Below, in pieces: positions 49,691 through 62,841 of a stretch of 64,000 nucleotides of DNA. The notes under the pieces were generated by a model. It saw only the letters and a list, made by a program, of their open reading frames with translations. It was not told the DNA's origin and made no database searches. This DNA is from Mobula hypostoma (lineage: Eukaryota): assembly GCF_963921235.1 (NCBI RefSeq), contig NC_086097.1, positions 237,958,001-238,022,000 of the forward strand. Reading direction: 5' to 3'. Positions within the stretch are counted from its first letter, which is position 1. Every line of letters begins with the position of its first letter. The translations under genes were made by a program, and so were the position numbers.

Positions 49691-50245
49691 ACATATAATT
49701 GAAAGTTTAAAAACGGGTATTTCACAACTGCAAGATATTCAAACTGAAATAATCTCACCTAACTTCAGTGGTGATGTTAAAACTAAGTGTGGGTTATACA
49801 AGGTCAAGTATGATTTAACTAACCCAGGCTCTTAACATTGCTAACTCACAAATGTCACAGTCAGCGTTATGGATCTGTATCCCGTGATGTCAATGATCCC
49901 ATCCATTACACTGCTGCTGTTAAAAGTGTAATTAGTACGTACAGCTAAAAGAGCCTCCTGGATTCTATTCCTCTGAGTCAGCAATATTCCATCTGGCTTG
50001 TTCAGCATTTGTTAGAATGATCAGTGTGTAAAAGGGAAATTATCAACCGTACTTTGGAATTAAAATTGCATCCATGCTCTCAGAAGACATAAAGCAAAGT
50101 TGTGGAAAAGGTGCAGAAATACATACAAGAATGGCTTTATCAGGAAATCACATTTTCAAAGATTAGCAATGCTTGTATTTTTATCTTAAATCTAATTTTA
50201 AATGCATTATACATTACTAATATCAGATGCTTGGAAGGCACTTTA

Positions 50246-50288
50246 TTAGATTAGATTGGACTAGATTAGATTAGATGTATTAGATTTA
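50246..50288. repeat. (TTAGA)n microsatellite
   Basis: ttagattagattggactagattagattag. Confidence 0.7.
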
Positions 50289-52134
50289 ACCCAATTACAT
50301 CAAAAGTAGTTACCAGGAATTCCTCAGATATTCAATGGCAAGCATCACAATGTATTGTAAAACATTCAAGTAGGTTAACAACTCCAAGCATCAGAGGAAT
50401 ACACAACTGCAGAGTATTTCCAGCACTCCATCCCCACCACCCTTTGGTTTTAGCTATGGCAACAGCTCTGGTATCCCTTTTGAAGTTTTGAGATGTCCCC
50501 ATGTTCTGAGTAAAGCAGATATTTCATAAATGAGGATTACTTTGGGAAATCAGAGATATTCCCTTTGTCCTATCCAAGCCTCCCCCACATTCTCTGCAAC
50601 TTGAGATTAAATTGTTTTTCGCATTCTCCCTGTTCTGATGAAGTCTCTTCAAAGTGAAATACTAACCCTGCTTCTTTCTGCAGAGTTTTCCTGACTTTCT
50701 GAGTGTTTTCAGTATTTTGTGTTAATTTTGGCAATTAAGATCTGATATGATTAGCTTTATTTGGCACATATAAATCAAAATATCTATACAATGAAATGTA
50801 TTATTTGTACCAATGACCAACACAGTCCAAAATGTGCTTCTGGTGATAATATTTATTTTATTTAGAGAAACACTGTAACATGCCTATCTGGTCCAACAAA
50901 CCTACACTGCCTAAATGTGGCTGCATGTGACTAATTAACCTACCAACACAATGTTAATTTTGAATGTGGGAGGAAACTCGAGCACATAAAGGAAACACAC
51001 GTGGTCACAGAAAGAACATCTTTTTCTTAAACCTATCACACCTGCTGGAGCATAGGCTGCTAAAAACAGCTTGCCAGAGTCCTCTGTCCTGGGCCAGTAA
51101 AAGTTTGATCAGCCCTGTGGTTTCTACAGACTTGCATCTTTAACCACACAACTTCATACATCTTCTTGGTGAAGATCCAAGGAAACATTAGAGTTTCTAT
51201 AACACTGGATTTTTAATGGAACGGAGTTGCTAGCCCCATACCCAAACCTCCCCCTTTCATAGACAGGTTTGGGACTGTGCATGGTAGAGTTCAGGGAGAA
51301 CATACAAATTCCTTAAAGACAGTGGCGGTTACTGAATCATCATCTTCTGGTTGCTGGATCTGTAAAGCATTACTCTAACTGCAATGGTACTGTGCAAACC
51401 TTTTTTTTTGGTTTCTAAATTAAACCATAAGACAGCAAGATATAGGAGCAAAATTAGGCCATTTGGCCCATCAAGCGTGCTCCAAGATTTCATCATGGCT
51501 GATCCATTTCCTTCTCAGCCCCAATCTCCTGTCTCCGGTGCTAAGACATAAAACCGCTTAATGGAGATGTCAAAATGGTGTCATGTTTTAATCCAATCTC
51601 ATACTTAAACTCTCTAGCAAAATAAAAGCAAGCTACTGGAGGAAGTCAAAAAGTCAAGCATCAAATGTAGTGGGATGTGTGCAGTCTTAGGTGCTGGGTC
51701 AAAGAATAGAGGGCAGAGAGCCAAAATCAGAAGATAAGGGTAAGGGATGGGCAAGAGCTGCCAAGTTTCAATGGGAGGAGAGGGGTTAGCAAATGGAGTC
51801 AGGAGGCGGAAGGCAAAGTGGGGATATCAACAAGAGGTTGGGAGGTGATAGGTGGAAGGTCAAAGGGCTGCATATGATGCAATCTGATGGGAAAGGAAGC
51901 TGGAACATGGAACCCCATAAGGGAGGTAGGATGGTCAGATGGAACTGTGGCAAGCAGAATCCGATGCAAGAAATTTACAGGTGTAAATTATTTAGTTCTC
52001 TATGAATCAATCATTTTTCCCATGGAACCTGTATTCCTCCCTCTCTGAATGCACCAAAAATCCCAGTAGAAAATGAAACCCAAAGGAATCATCATGGAAC
52101 AGAAGGAAGTAAAACATCTGTTCACCTCTAATTT

Positions 52135-55100
52135 AGACCTTAAGATAGAGGAGCAGAATTAGGCTATTTGTCCCATCGAGTCTGCTCCACCATTTCATCA
52201 TGGCTGATCCAATTTTTCTCTCAGCACCAATCTGCTGCCTTCTCTACATATCCCCTCATGCCTTAACCAATCAAGAATTTATCACTCTCTGTTTTAAATA
52301 CACATAAAGACTTGGCCTCCACAACAGTCTGTGGCAAGGAATTCACAGATTCACCACCCTCTAGCTAAAGAAATTCCTCCTTATCTCCATTCAAATAGGA
52401 CACCCCTTTATTCTGAGGCTGTGTCCTCTGGTCTTAGACTCTCCTACCATTGGCAACATCCTCTCCACATCCACTCTATCAAGGCCTTTCACCATTCGAT
52501 AGGTTTCAATTCGGTCACACCTTGTTCTTCTGAATTCCAGCAAATAAAGGTCCAGAGCCAACAAGCACTTTTAATATGACAAGCCATTAAATCTTGGAAT
52601 CATTTTTGAGGACCTCCTTTGAACCCTCTCCAGTTTTAACACAACCTTCCTAAAATAAGGAGCCCAAAACTGCTCACAATTTACCAACCAAGGATTCACC
52701 GGAGATTTATAACATCTCAACATTACATCCTTGTTTTTATATTCTAGTCCTCCTGAAATGAACGCTAACATTGCTTTTGCCTTCCTCACCTGCAAATCAA
52801 CCTTTAGGGAATCCTACACAAGGACTCCCAAGTCCCTTGACACCTCAGTTTTTTGTATTTTCTCTCCATTAAGAAAATATTCAACCCATTCATTTCTTCT
52901 TCCAAAATGCATTACCATACACTTCCTGACACTGTATTCCATCTGCCATGACATGGATTGAAAATTGGCTGGCTGACAGAATCGACTGCACCTCTTCCTA
53001 CAGATGCTGCTTGACCTGCTGCGTTCACCAGCAACTTTGATGTGTGTTGCTTGAAAGAGCAGCGATTAACGGGTCCCTTTCAGAATGGCAGGCGGTGACC
53101 AGTGGGGTACCGTAGGGTTCAGTGCTGGGACTGCAGCTGTTTCAATATATATTAATGATTTAGATGAGGGAATTAAAAGTAACATTAGCAAATTTGTCGA
53201 TGACACAAAGCTGGGTGGCAGTGTGAAATGTGAGGAGGATGTTGTGAGAATGCAGGGTGACTTGGACAGGCTGGGTGAGTGGGCAGATGCAGTTTAATGT
53301 GGGTAAATGTGAGGTTATCCACTTTGGTGGTAAGAACAGGAAGGCAGATTATTACCTAAATAGAGTCAAGTTAGGAAAAGGGGAAGCACAACAAGATCTA
53401 GGTGTTCTTGGACATCAGTCACTGAAAGCAAGCATGCAAGTACAGCAGGCAGTGAAAAAAGCTAATGGCATGTTGGCCTGCATAACAAGGGGAATTGAGT
53501 ATAAGAGCAAAGAGGTCCTTCTGCAGCTGTACAGGGCCCTGGTGAGACCACACCTGGAGTACTGTGTGCAGTTTTGGTCTCCAAATTTGAGGAAGGACAT
53601 TCTTGCTATTGAGGGAGTGCAGTGTAGGTTCACAAGGTTAATTCCCGGGATGGTGGGACTGCCATATGTCGAAAGATTGGAGCGACTGGGCTTGTATACT
53701 CTGGAATTTAGAAGACTGAGAGGGGATCTTATTGAAACATATAAGATTATTAAGGGATTGGACACGCTGGAGGCAGGAAGCATGTTCCCTCTGATGGGTG
53801 AGTCCAGAACCAGAGGCCACAGTTTAAGAATAAGGGGTAGGCCATTTAGAACGGAGTTGAGGAAAAACTTTTTCACCCAGAGAGTGGTGGATATCTGGAA
53901 TGCTCTGCCCCAGAAGGCTGTGGAGGCCAAGTCTCTGGATGCTTTCAAAAAAGAGATGGATAGAGCTCTTAAAGATAGCAGAATCAAAGGTTATGGGGAT
54001 AAGGCAGGAACTGGATACTGATTGTGGATGATCAGCCATGATCACAGTGAATGGCGGTGCTGGCTCAAAGGGCCGAATGGCCTACTCCTACACCTATTGT
54101 CTATTGCCATTTCTTTGCCATTCTTCTAATCTGTCTGTCCTTCTGTAGTCTCTCTACTTCCTCAAAACTACTTGCCACTCCACTTATCTTCATATCATCT
54201 GCAAACTTTGCAACAAAGCCATCAATTCCATACTCCAAATGATTGACATAAAGTGTGAGAAGAATTAGTCCAACACTGACCCCTGTAAAACACAACAGGT
54301 TACTCGCAGCTAAAAGCTCCCCTTATTTCCACTCGTTGCCTCCTGCCTATCAGCCACTGCATTATTCATTCGAGGATCTTTCCTGTAATTCTCATGGGGT
54401 CTTAGCTTGTTAAGCAGCCTTATGTGTGGCACCTTGTCAAAGGTCTTCCGAAAATTCAAGTAATCAACATCTGTTAACTATTCTTTGTCTTTCCTGCCCA
54501 TTGTTTCCTCAAGGTATTCCAACAGGTTTGCTGAGCAAGATTTTCCCTTGAGGAAACCATGCTGACTGTGGCCTATTTCATCATGTGTCTCCAAGTACCC
54601 TGCGACCTCATCCTTAATAATTGACTCCAATATCTTCCCAACCATAGACTAACTGTTCGATAGTTTCCTTTCTTCTGCCTCTCTCCCTTCTTGAAGAGTG
54701 GAGTGACATTTGCAATTTTCAAGTCTTCTAGAACCATTCCAGAATCCAGAGATTCTTGAAAGATAATTACTACAGCCTCCACAACCTCTTCAGCCACCTC
54801 TTTTAGAACTCTGGAATGTAGACAATCTGGTCCAGGTGACCTATCTACCTTCAGACCTTTCAGTTTCCCAAGAACATTCTCTCTAGTTAAGGTAATTTCA
54901 CACACTTCATGCCCTCTGACACCTGGAACTTCCACCATACTGCTAGTGTCTTCCACCACAAAGACCGATGCAAAATACTTATTAACTTTGCTCGTCATTT
55001 CCTTTTCTCCCATGACTATCTCTCCAGTATCATTTTCCAGCAGTACAATATCCACACTTGCCTCGCTTCTACACTTTATGTATCTGAAGAAACTTTTGGA

Positions 55101-55680
55101 ATCCTCTTTATTATTATTGGCTTTCTTACTTTTATATTCTACCTTTACCTTCTCAATGACTTTTTAGTTGCCTCTGTTGGTTTTTAAAAGCTTCCCAATC
55201 CTCTAACTTTCAACTAATTTTTGCTCTATTATATGCCCTCTCTTTGGCTTTGACTTCTCTTGTTAGCCATGGTTGTGTCATCTTTCATTTAGAGTACTTC
55301 TTCCTCTTTGGGATGTATATATCCTGTGCCTTCCAAATTGCTTCCAGAAGTTCCAGCCATTGCTGCTCTGTTGTCGTCCCTGCTAGTGTTCTTTTCCAAT
55401 CAATTCTGGCCAACTCCTCTCTCAGGCTTCTGTAATTCCATTTACTCTGCTGTAATAATGATGCATCTGATCTTAGCTTCTCCTTCTCAAATTTCAGGGT
55501 GAATTCAATCATGTTATGATCACGTTCCCTTAAGCTCTCTAATCAATTCTGGTTTATTGCACAACACCCAATTCAGAATAGTTGATCCTCCAGCGGGCTC
55601 AACAATGATTTTCCCATTCTACCTACTTACTGATGTCCCCTGTGGACATTGTAATATTGTCCGTTTGGCATGCATTTAGC
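52135..55680 (-). mobile_element. 5'-truncated CR1 LINE hosting a nested plus-strand CR1
   Basis: ORF2 pieces 55285-55512, 54573-55055, 54101-54295 (KFADDMK), 52571-52795; tail at ~52135. Confidence 0.93.
52950..54104 (+). mobile_element. CR1 3' fragment with 6-bp TSD, itself containing a Penelope-derived fragment (~52980-53055)
   Basis: KFVDDTKLGG and ORF 53257-54021; tgccat at 52944-52949 and 54105-54110. Confidence 0.93.
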
Positions 55681-55849
55681 AGGCAACTGTTCTCAAGTCA
55701 GTTGCAAGACCCAAATCTTGGTCTGGCAATCAGGGAATGGACGAGAGGTCCAGGTGTGAGTTCTGGTAAGTTATCTCACATGCAAAGTGGCAATTGAAGA
55801 CCAAGTCTGAATCACAGATGGACGTTTGATAGCTGTGCTAGGGCTTGAA

Positions 55850-56450
55850 TACTATTACCTCCTACAAAGCAAAACCAAGCAACATCTGTGACAACAAGGT
55901 TTCATTCCCAAATGAGCTCAATGCCTTTGTCTGAAAGAACAGGAAGGCACAATCTCCCACAGCCCCCATTCACACTGTGTTTTCACTCTCTGAAGCCGAT
56001 GTGAAAGCTCCTTCAGGAGAGTGAACCCATAGAACACATCTTGCCAAGTACTGAAGACCTGTGCTACTCAACTGGATTGGAGTGTTTACTGACACCTCTT
56101 AATTAATATTTCAGAGTTTGAGGTACTCAAGAAGCAGCAGGTTTCAATTACACAAGTTCCCAAGGTAACCTGCCTTAATGACTATCATCCAGCAGCACTT
56201 ACATCTTCTGTGATAAAGTGCTTTGAAAAGGTGATCATGAAACATATCAGCTCCTGCCTGAGGAGTGACTTGGAACCCCTCCAGTCTGCCTACTGTCACA
56301 ACAGATCAATAGCAGCCTTGGAACACCTGGGCAGTGAAGATGCATACATCAGAATGCTCCTCATTGACTTCAGCTCTGCATTCAACACTACCATCCCCTC
56401 AAAACTAATTAATAATTTCCTAGGCATCAAAGCCTCCTTATGCAACTGTT
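55850..56450 (+). mobile_element. Degenerate Rex1/Babar-type RT fragment
   Basis: KCFEKVIMKHI...AYIRMLLIDFSSAFNT. Confidence 0.8.
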
Positions 56451-56711
56451 ATGTGTGAAAACCCCAGGAGATCAACAGTTTCTGAGACACTTAAACCATC
56501 CCTTCTGGCATTAGTAATTATTCCATAGTTAAAGTCACTTAGATCATATTTCCCCCCTCCCCATTCTGATGTTTGGTCTGAACAACAATTGAAGTTCTTG
56601 TCCATGCTGCATGTGTTTATGCATGGAATTGCTGCCACATGGTTGGCTGATTAGATATTTGCATTATTGAGCTGGTGTACAGGTGTACCTAATAAAATGG
56701 CCACTCAGTGT
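56445..56711 (-). mobile_element. Tc1-like DNA transposon left end (TIR plus transposase HTH start)
   Basis: DLSDFNYGIITNARRDGLSVSETVDLLGFSHITV resembles the fish Tc1 transposase N-terminus; terminus TA-CACTGAGTGGCCATTTTATTAGGTACACC on the minus strand. Confidence 0.85.
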
Positions 56712-56714
56712 ATA

Positions 56715-57070
56715 CCTTGAACTCAGCAGGTCAGGCTGCTTCTGTGGAGGGAAATAAACAGTTAATGTTTCTGGTCAAGACCCTTCATCATGACTGGAAA
56801 GGAACTAGAATCAGGAGGGGAAGGAGTATAAACTGGAAGGTGACAGATGAAACCAGATGAGGGGTGTAGGTGGGTGGGTAGAGGGGGATGAATGAAGTAA
56901 GAAGTTGGGAGGTGATAGATGGAAGAAGGAAAGGACTGCAGAAGAAGGAATTTGTTAGGAGAATCTGTAATAAGGAATCTGTTAGTGGAGTATGGAGAAA
57001 AGGGAGAAAGAAAGGGCTCCAAGGGGAGGTAGTGTGCAGGTGAGGAAAAGAGAAAGGGTAAGAGAATCAA
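56715..57070 (-). mobile_element. Penelope terminal-repeat fragment
   Basis: Reverse complement of 24237-24600 with a degenerate hammerhead motif. Confidence 0.75.
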
Positions 57071-57559
57071 ATGAGATAATTTAGCCATTTATTTCATTGA
57101 TGATTATGGAATTTGGCTGTGCTTAAGCTGTCAGCATTTTTGTATAGTCCAGGAATAGCTGGATTTTAAAAGCATTTTGTTGGCTGCAGAGTGCTTTAGG
57201 ATGTCTTATATGTAGGTGTTCTGTCCTTCAAGTGAAATCCTATTCACCAGTCTCAGAAGGATAGTTGAAAGGCATTTTAGTACTCTGTGTCATGAGCTCT
57301 ATTTTACAAATCAGGATATTTCATTTTACTTAACTATGACCTTTCAGTTGTTTAAACGGCAGAGAATAAAATTGTTTGCTTATCGTTAACAGCTCATCTG
57401 ATTCAGTGTCATTGTCTTCTCATAGAGTAACAGATTTATTACAGCACGGAAAGAGGCTCTTCGGCCCAACTTGACCATGCCAGCCATCTAAGCCAGTTCC
57501 ATTAGCCTGCATTTGGCCTGTATCCCTCTAACTCTTCCCTATTCAGGTACTAATCCAAG

Positions 57560-57940
57560 AGAGGAGGGTGGTGGGTTGGAAATATGCCTTTACCAAAGAA
57601 GGTGTGATATGCTCCTTCCCTCCACTAGCCTCAGGTCTCACTTGGGCAAGGTGTAGCACCTGCTCAGCCCCCCAGCCAGGGTGAGGGGAGGCCATGGGAG
57701 CAGGTGGTGGATGGTCATGTGAGCAGTTGGAGCATACCTCAAGACCTGGTTATACAACCACTGACACCAGTGAAGAGTATTGATAATGGCTGTAATCACC
57801 CGTGTTATAAAGATACTGCCCAGAAGAAGGCAATGGCAAACCACTTCTGTGGAAAAATTTGCAAAGAGCTATCATGGTCATGGAAAGACAATGATTGCCA
57901 ATTTCATATGACATGGCACATAAGTTACGAACAAATGATA
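57560..57940 (+). mobile_element. Non-autonomous RTE-related short element (copy 2)
   Basis: gaagaaggcaatggcaaaccacttctgtggaaaaatttgc; aligns with 49350-49690. Confidence 0.6.
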
Positions 57941-58114
57941 ACATACAATAAGTGGAAAGTTTCAAAACAACTGTTTTATAACTGCAGGCTATTCAAACTG
58001 AAATAATCTCAACTTCACCTGCAATTTAATACTCTGAGATGTAGCACAGACTTAACGGGTCAAATGGCCTCCTACATCATAAACATACATGAGAAATATG
58101 ATAGTCATATTTAA

Positions 58115-58630
58115 GTCACAGTCATGGAACACTAGAGCACAGCAGCATGCCCTTCAGCCCATCCAGTCTATGCTAACTATTAACCTGCCCAGTTTGATTG
58201 TCCTGCACCCGGACCATAGCCTATCAATATCCTTCCCATCAAATCTATTCAAATTTCTCTTAAATATTGACATCAAAACTAGCATCCACCACTTCCACTG
58301 GCAGATCATGGCACACTCTCACTCCCTTTTGAGTGATGTTCACCGCCCCCCCCCCAGGTTCCCCTTAAGCATTTCACATTTCACCCTTAACCCATGACCT
58401 CTAGTTCTAGTTCACCCAACCTCAGTGGAATAAGCCTCCTTGCATTTATCCTATCCATACCCCTCATAATTTTGTATAACTCTAGCAAATTTCCCCTCAA
58501 TCTCCTTTGCTCTACGGGAATGAAGTCTGAACCAATTCAACCTCTACTGCTTAACTCAGGTCCTCAAGTCTTGACAACGTCCTTGTAAATTTTCTTTGTA
58601 CTCATTTAATCTATTTGACATCTTTCCTGT
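58115..58630 (-). mobile_element. CR1 3' fragment
   Basis: cccctcataattttgtataac..., catgacctctagttctag and CR1 tail. Confidence 0.78.
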
Positions 58631-60132
58631 GTTTGTGACATGCCTGGATGTATGTGATTGAAGCCCTCAGTTGATGTGTATTGTACAACACACATAATCT
58701 TCCCAACAGGTTGCTCTATGTTACATTGAATATTACCTGTAGCGCCCAACTGGGATCTTGCCAAACAAGCATTCTCTCTATAGTCTACTATAATTTATAA
58801 ATAAGATTAAATCTGAAAGTCTGCTTATCCCAGGCACAAATATTACTTCAGTCCAAAAAGAATATTGGCTCTGCAACGAAGTTACAAACTGAATGCTCAG
58901 CATTTATTATCAAATTGCTTTCTTAAAATTAAACTGCAAAAGTGCTGTGTTTTTACTTAAATTCTGTGATGATGAAGAAGCAATTTTAAATGGATGGCAT
59001 ATAATTAAATTGCCTGCATTACAGACATTTTCCTGGCATTTGCCAAGAGGGCCTTAAATGAACGGTATTGCCACAAACAGATTAAGAAGTTCTGCATACC
59101 TGACGACATTGTTGATTCCTTCAGCAGATGCCATTGCATGGAATATAGTTAATCAAGTTCAAGATTAATTGTCATTTAACCATATACATGTATACAGCTA
59201 AACGAAACAACGTTCCTCCGGACCAAGGTGCAAAATACAGTCACACACCAACACGTATAGTTACGATAGCAAGTGCAGTCACAAAATAATATTAGCACAA
59301 GCTCCAGAGTAGTATTGCCTGAAGATTGATGTGCATGGGATATCGTCCCAGAGCCATGTTTCCGCAAGAACGAGCACCTAGCAGTTCCTTATCATGCACT
59401 GGAGATGTGAACCACAATATCACAATATTGATTACAGTTAAATTGGGAGATTGCTGCCTGGCGCGGCTCAAGGTTTGGGAAGGACCCATTTGCGCTGCTT
59501 CACAATAAATTATATAAAACAATTACAGTAATGAGCTGTGAACCACAACCATAGCCGTGGTGCTCTATTGACTGTAGACGCTATGTGACAATTTTAACAG
59601 ACAACCTGAAAAAGAGCCATGTCATGTCCATTTCTGTGCATGTTGGCACTTATGGAAAAAATACAGCTCATGACATTTGGTATGGCTTAATATCTAATTT
59701 GTGAAACTCTCCCAAATGATGTCAAAAATCCCACAATGCCCATGAATAAATATATATATAAACTGGGATATCTTGCAACCTCTAATGGAGTCAGACTGAT
59801 TGAATATTAGTGGGAATTAATTGATTTATCATAGGAATTGGATGGATTTGATATTCACAGAAAAAAGCAAGGAAGATGAAACTGCAGTCATACATATTTC
59901 TGGGCTACTTTGCCTGTGGAGGTCAAGGTCACTACCACGATCATGTTCAGATTCCTATACTCAATTTCATTCATGGCTGCTGCTGCTGGTGGTCTCTGCC
60001 AAATTTCAGTTTACTTCTCATTACTTCTCATTAAGCATTAGAGAAGTCACTCACTCTCCATACTTAAAGACAGAAGACTTCACCTGCTTCTCTGCTGAAA
60101 CAACAGCACGTAAATTGTGCATGGGCACGTCA

Positions 60133-60710
60133 ACATAGAAAGTTACAGAACAGTACAGGCCCTTCTGCACATGATGTTGTGCTGACCTTTTAACATTCTA
60201 AGATCAATCTAATACTTCCTTCCTACATAGACCTCCATTTTTCTATCATCTATCTGCCTCTCTTGGAGTTTCTTAATAGCCCCTGTGTCTGCCTCAACCA
60301 CCACTCCTGGCAGGACTTTCCATGCATTCTCCATTCTCTGTGCTAAAGAAAACTTACCTATGACCTACCTCCTATACTTTCTCCAGTCACCTTAAAATTA
60401 CGCCCCTGGTATTAGTCATTTCCACCCTGGGCCAAAGTCTTTGAATGTCCAAATGATCCTTAGCAATGTACACAAAATGTTGGGGGAACTCAGCAGGTCA
60501 GGCAGCATCTACAAAAACAACACTTCAGGCTGAGACCCTTCTTCAGGACTGGAAAGGAAGGAGGAAGATGTCAGAATAGAAAAGTGGGGGGGGGGGAGAA
60601 GAAGGCTAGATGGAAAGAGATAGGTGAAGCCAGGTGGGTCGGAAAGGTCAAGGATGGAGAAGATCTATGCTTATTATTATCTTGTACACCTCTATCTTCT
60701 CATCCTGCTT
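60133..60710 (-). mobile_element. CR1 3' fragment split by a Penelope-derived fragment (~60465-60660)
   Basis: catagaaagttacagaacagtacaggccctt tail; insert acacaaaatgttgggggaactcagc...gagacccttcttcaggactgg. Confidence 0.75.
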
Positions 60711-61872
60711 TGTAATTCCACATTCCAATGTGGATTTGCAGATATCTACATTGGCTTGCTTAGCTACTTCAGAGAACACTTAAGAGTCTTTGAGCTGCTC
60801 ACTAGTCAAGCAAGGAAGGCAAGATTCCCTCCCAAAGGATATTCATGGATCAAGTCAGTTTTTAACCAAGGTCTGGTTATTTTTGGTCGAGAAGTATTTT
60901 TTCATAAAAAATATTAATTTCTTTTAATTGGTGTTGCTTCAAGCCACTTGATTACAAGTCTGGCAAGCAAAGAAATATGTCACCACCATATTCAGTAGAT
61001 AATGCATACACTTTTGACTAAGTAAATGATAGCAGCAAGTTAGAAAACTTCAAACATGAGAAAATCTGCAGTTGCTGGAAAACCAAAACGTCATATATAA
61101 AATGCTGGAAGAATTCAGAAGGCTAGTCGATATTTTGGGCCGAGACCCCTCATCAGGACCAACAATTAATGTTTACTAAAAATTAGTATTTTCTATCCTT
61201 AAGTTAGAAAATTTGAAGTGTTTGTCCTACTGCAAAATAAATAATTTGTAAAATATGGAATAACCAAATGTATGAATCGATTTAACATTTCTACTAACTG
61301 CATCGCTAATGTGAAAGAAACTTATGCAAACACTCTCAGCTAGTCTGATAACAGTACTTTGACACAATGGTGCTGCAGAGGAAAATTTCTGTTAGCATCT
61401 TTGCATTGTCAAGTCTGGCCACATTTTCTGCACACATCCCATCCATAATTTAAAGGAAAGAAAATCAAAATCATGAATTTTCAGAGGGCAATATGCTTAA
61501 CTGAGTCCTGATTTTAAGTGGTTGGCTATTGTAAATATGGTTGAAAATTCAATTCATTGTCTAGCTACCCATATCCACAGCGAAAACTGTTTTCGTTGAT
61601 ATTATCTTTTGATGCCATTAGCACAAGTAAGATACTCTGAATCTATTAAATATTTTATCACTGAAAAATAATTGAAGGAAACAAAATCCCAAAACATATG
61701 ACAAGCGAATTAATGACATTAAAAATTAGATGTCAGTTCCCTTAATGAGCAGTTGGATATTATGGGAGATAGTAAATACATCCATAGGGAATGCTCTGAT
61801 TTTTAAAATTGTGCCCTTGTTCCCATTCCCCAAACTTCAAATTTCATTGATTTATCCAGCATGTCCTTGGGG

Positions 61873-62115
61873 TCACACACAAGATGCTGGAGGAACTCAG
61901 CAGGCTGGGCAGCATCTATGTAGAGGAATAAACAGTCGATGCTTCGGGCTGAGACCCTTTATCAGTCAGTCCTTTTGAAGGGGCTTGGCCTGATACGTCG
62001 ACTGTTTACTCCTCTCCATAGATGCTGCCAGACCTGCAGAGTTCCGCCAGCATTGTGTGTGTGTGTGTGTGTGTGTGTTACTCTGGATTTCCAGCATTTG
62101 CAGACTCTCTTGAAT
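61873..62115. mobile_element. Penelope-derived foldback element with (TG)n expansion
   Basis: Arms acacacaagatgctggaggaactc...aaacagtcga and tcgactgttt...gagttccgccagcattgtgtgt. Confidence 0.82.
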
Positions 62116-62155
62116 TTATACCCTGAAGGTGTTGCAGGCTATCAGATGTATCAAA

Positions 62156-62841
62156 TTAGATTAGATTAGATTATGAGGACATGCAGTCCTCTTTTATTGT
62201 CATTTAGTAATGCATGCATTAAGAAATAGAAACATAGAAACATAGAAAATAGGTGCAGGAGTAGGCCGTTCGGCCCTTCGAGCCTGCACCGCCATTTATT
62301 ATGATCATGGTTTGTCATCCAACTCAGAACCCCGCCCCAGCCTTCCCTCCATACCGCCTGACCCCCGTAGCCACAAGGGCCATATCTAACTCCCTCTTAA
62401 ATATAGCCAATGAACTGGCCTCAACAGTTTCCTGTGGCAGAGAATTCCACAGATTCACCACTCTCTGTGATGATACAATGATACAATGATACAATGTTTC
62501 TCCAGTATGATATCACAGAGCCACAAGACAAACCAAGACAAAAAAAACCTGACAAAAACCACATAATTATAACATATAGTTACAACAGTGCAAAGCAATA
62601 CTGTAATTTGATAAAGAACAGACCATGGGCACGGTAAAAAAAAAAGTCTCAAGTATCTCAAAAGTCCCATCGTCTCACGCAGATGGTAGAAGGGAGAAAC
62701 TCTCCCTGCCATGAACCTCCAGCACCGCAAACTTGCTGATGCAGCACCCTGGAAGCACCCGACCACAGCCGACTCTTGAGTCCGTCCGAAAACTTCGAGC
62801 CTCCGACCAGCCCTCTGACACCGAGCACTGAGCACCATCCA
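62156..62841 (-). mobile_element. Second copy of the (TCTAA)n-tailed element, interrupted by a young CR1 tail (62225-62470)
   Basis: Aligns with 6347-6735; the insert is the reverse complement of the young CR1 3' end. Confidence 0.85.

Noticed and set aside
53415..53987. Long antisense ORFs over CR1 (also 36396-36953, 19892-20374, 63183-63584)
   Set aside because: Shadow frames of retrotransposon coding sequence.
59821..60138. 105-aa ORF and a 40-bp minus-strand micro-exon candidate
   Set aside because: No homology recognised; compatible with chance.
62776..62841. N-terminal extension of the 313-aa ORF
   Set aside because: Derives from the adjacent antisense element; not part of CR1 ORF1.
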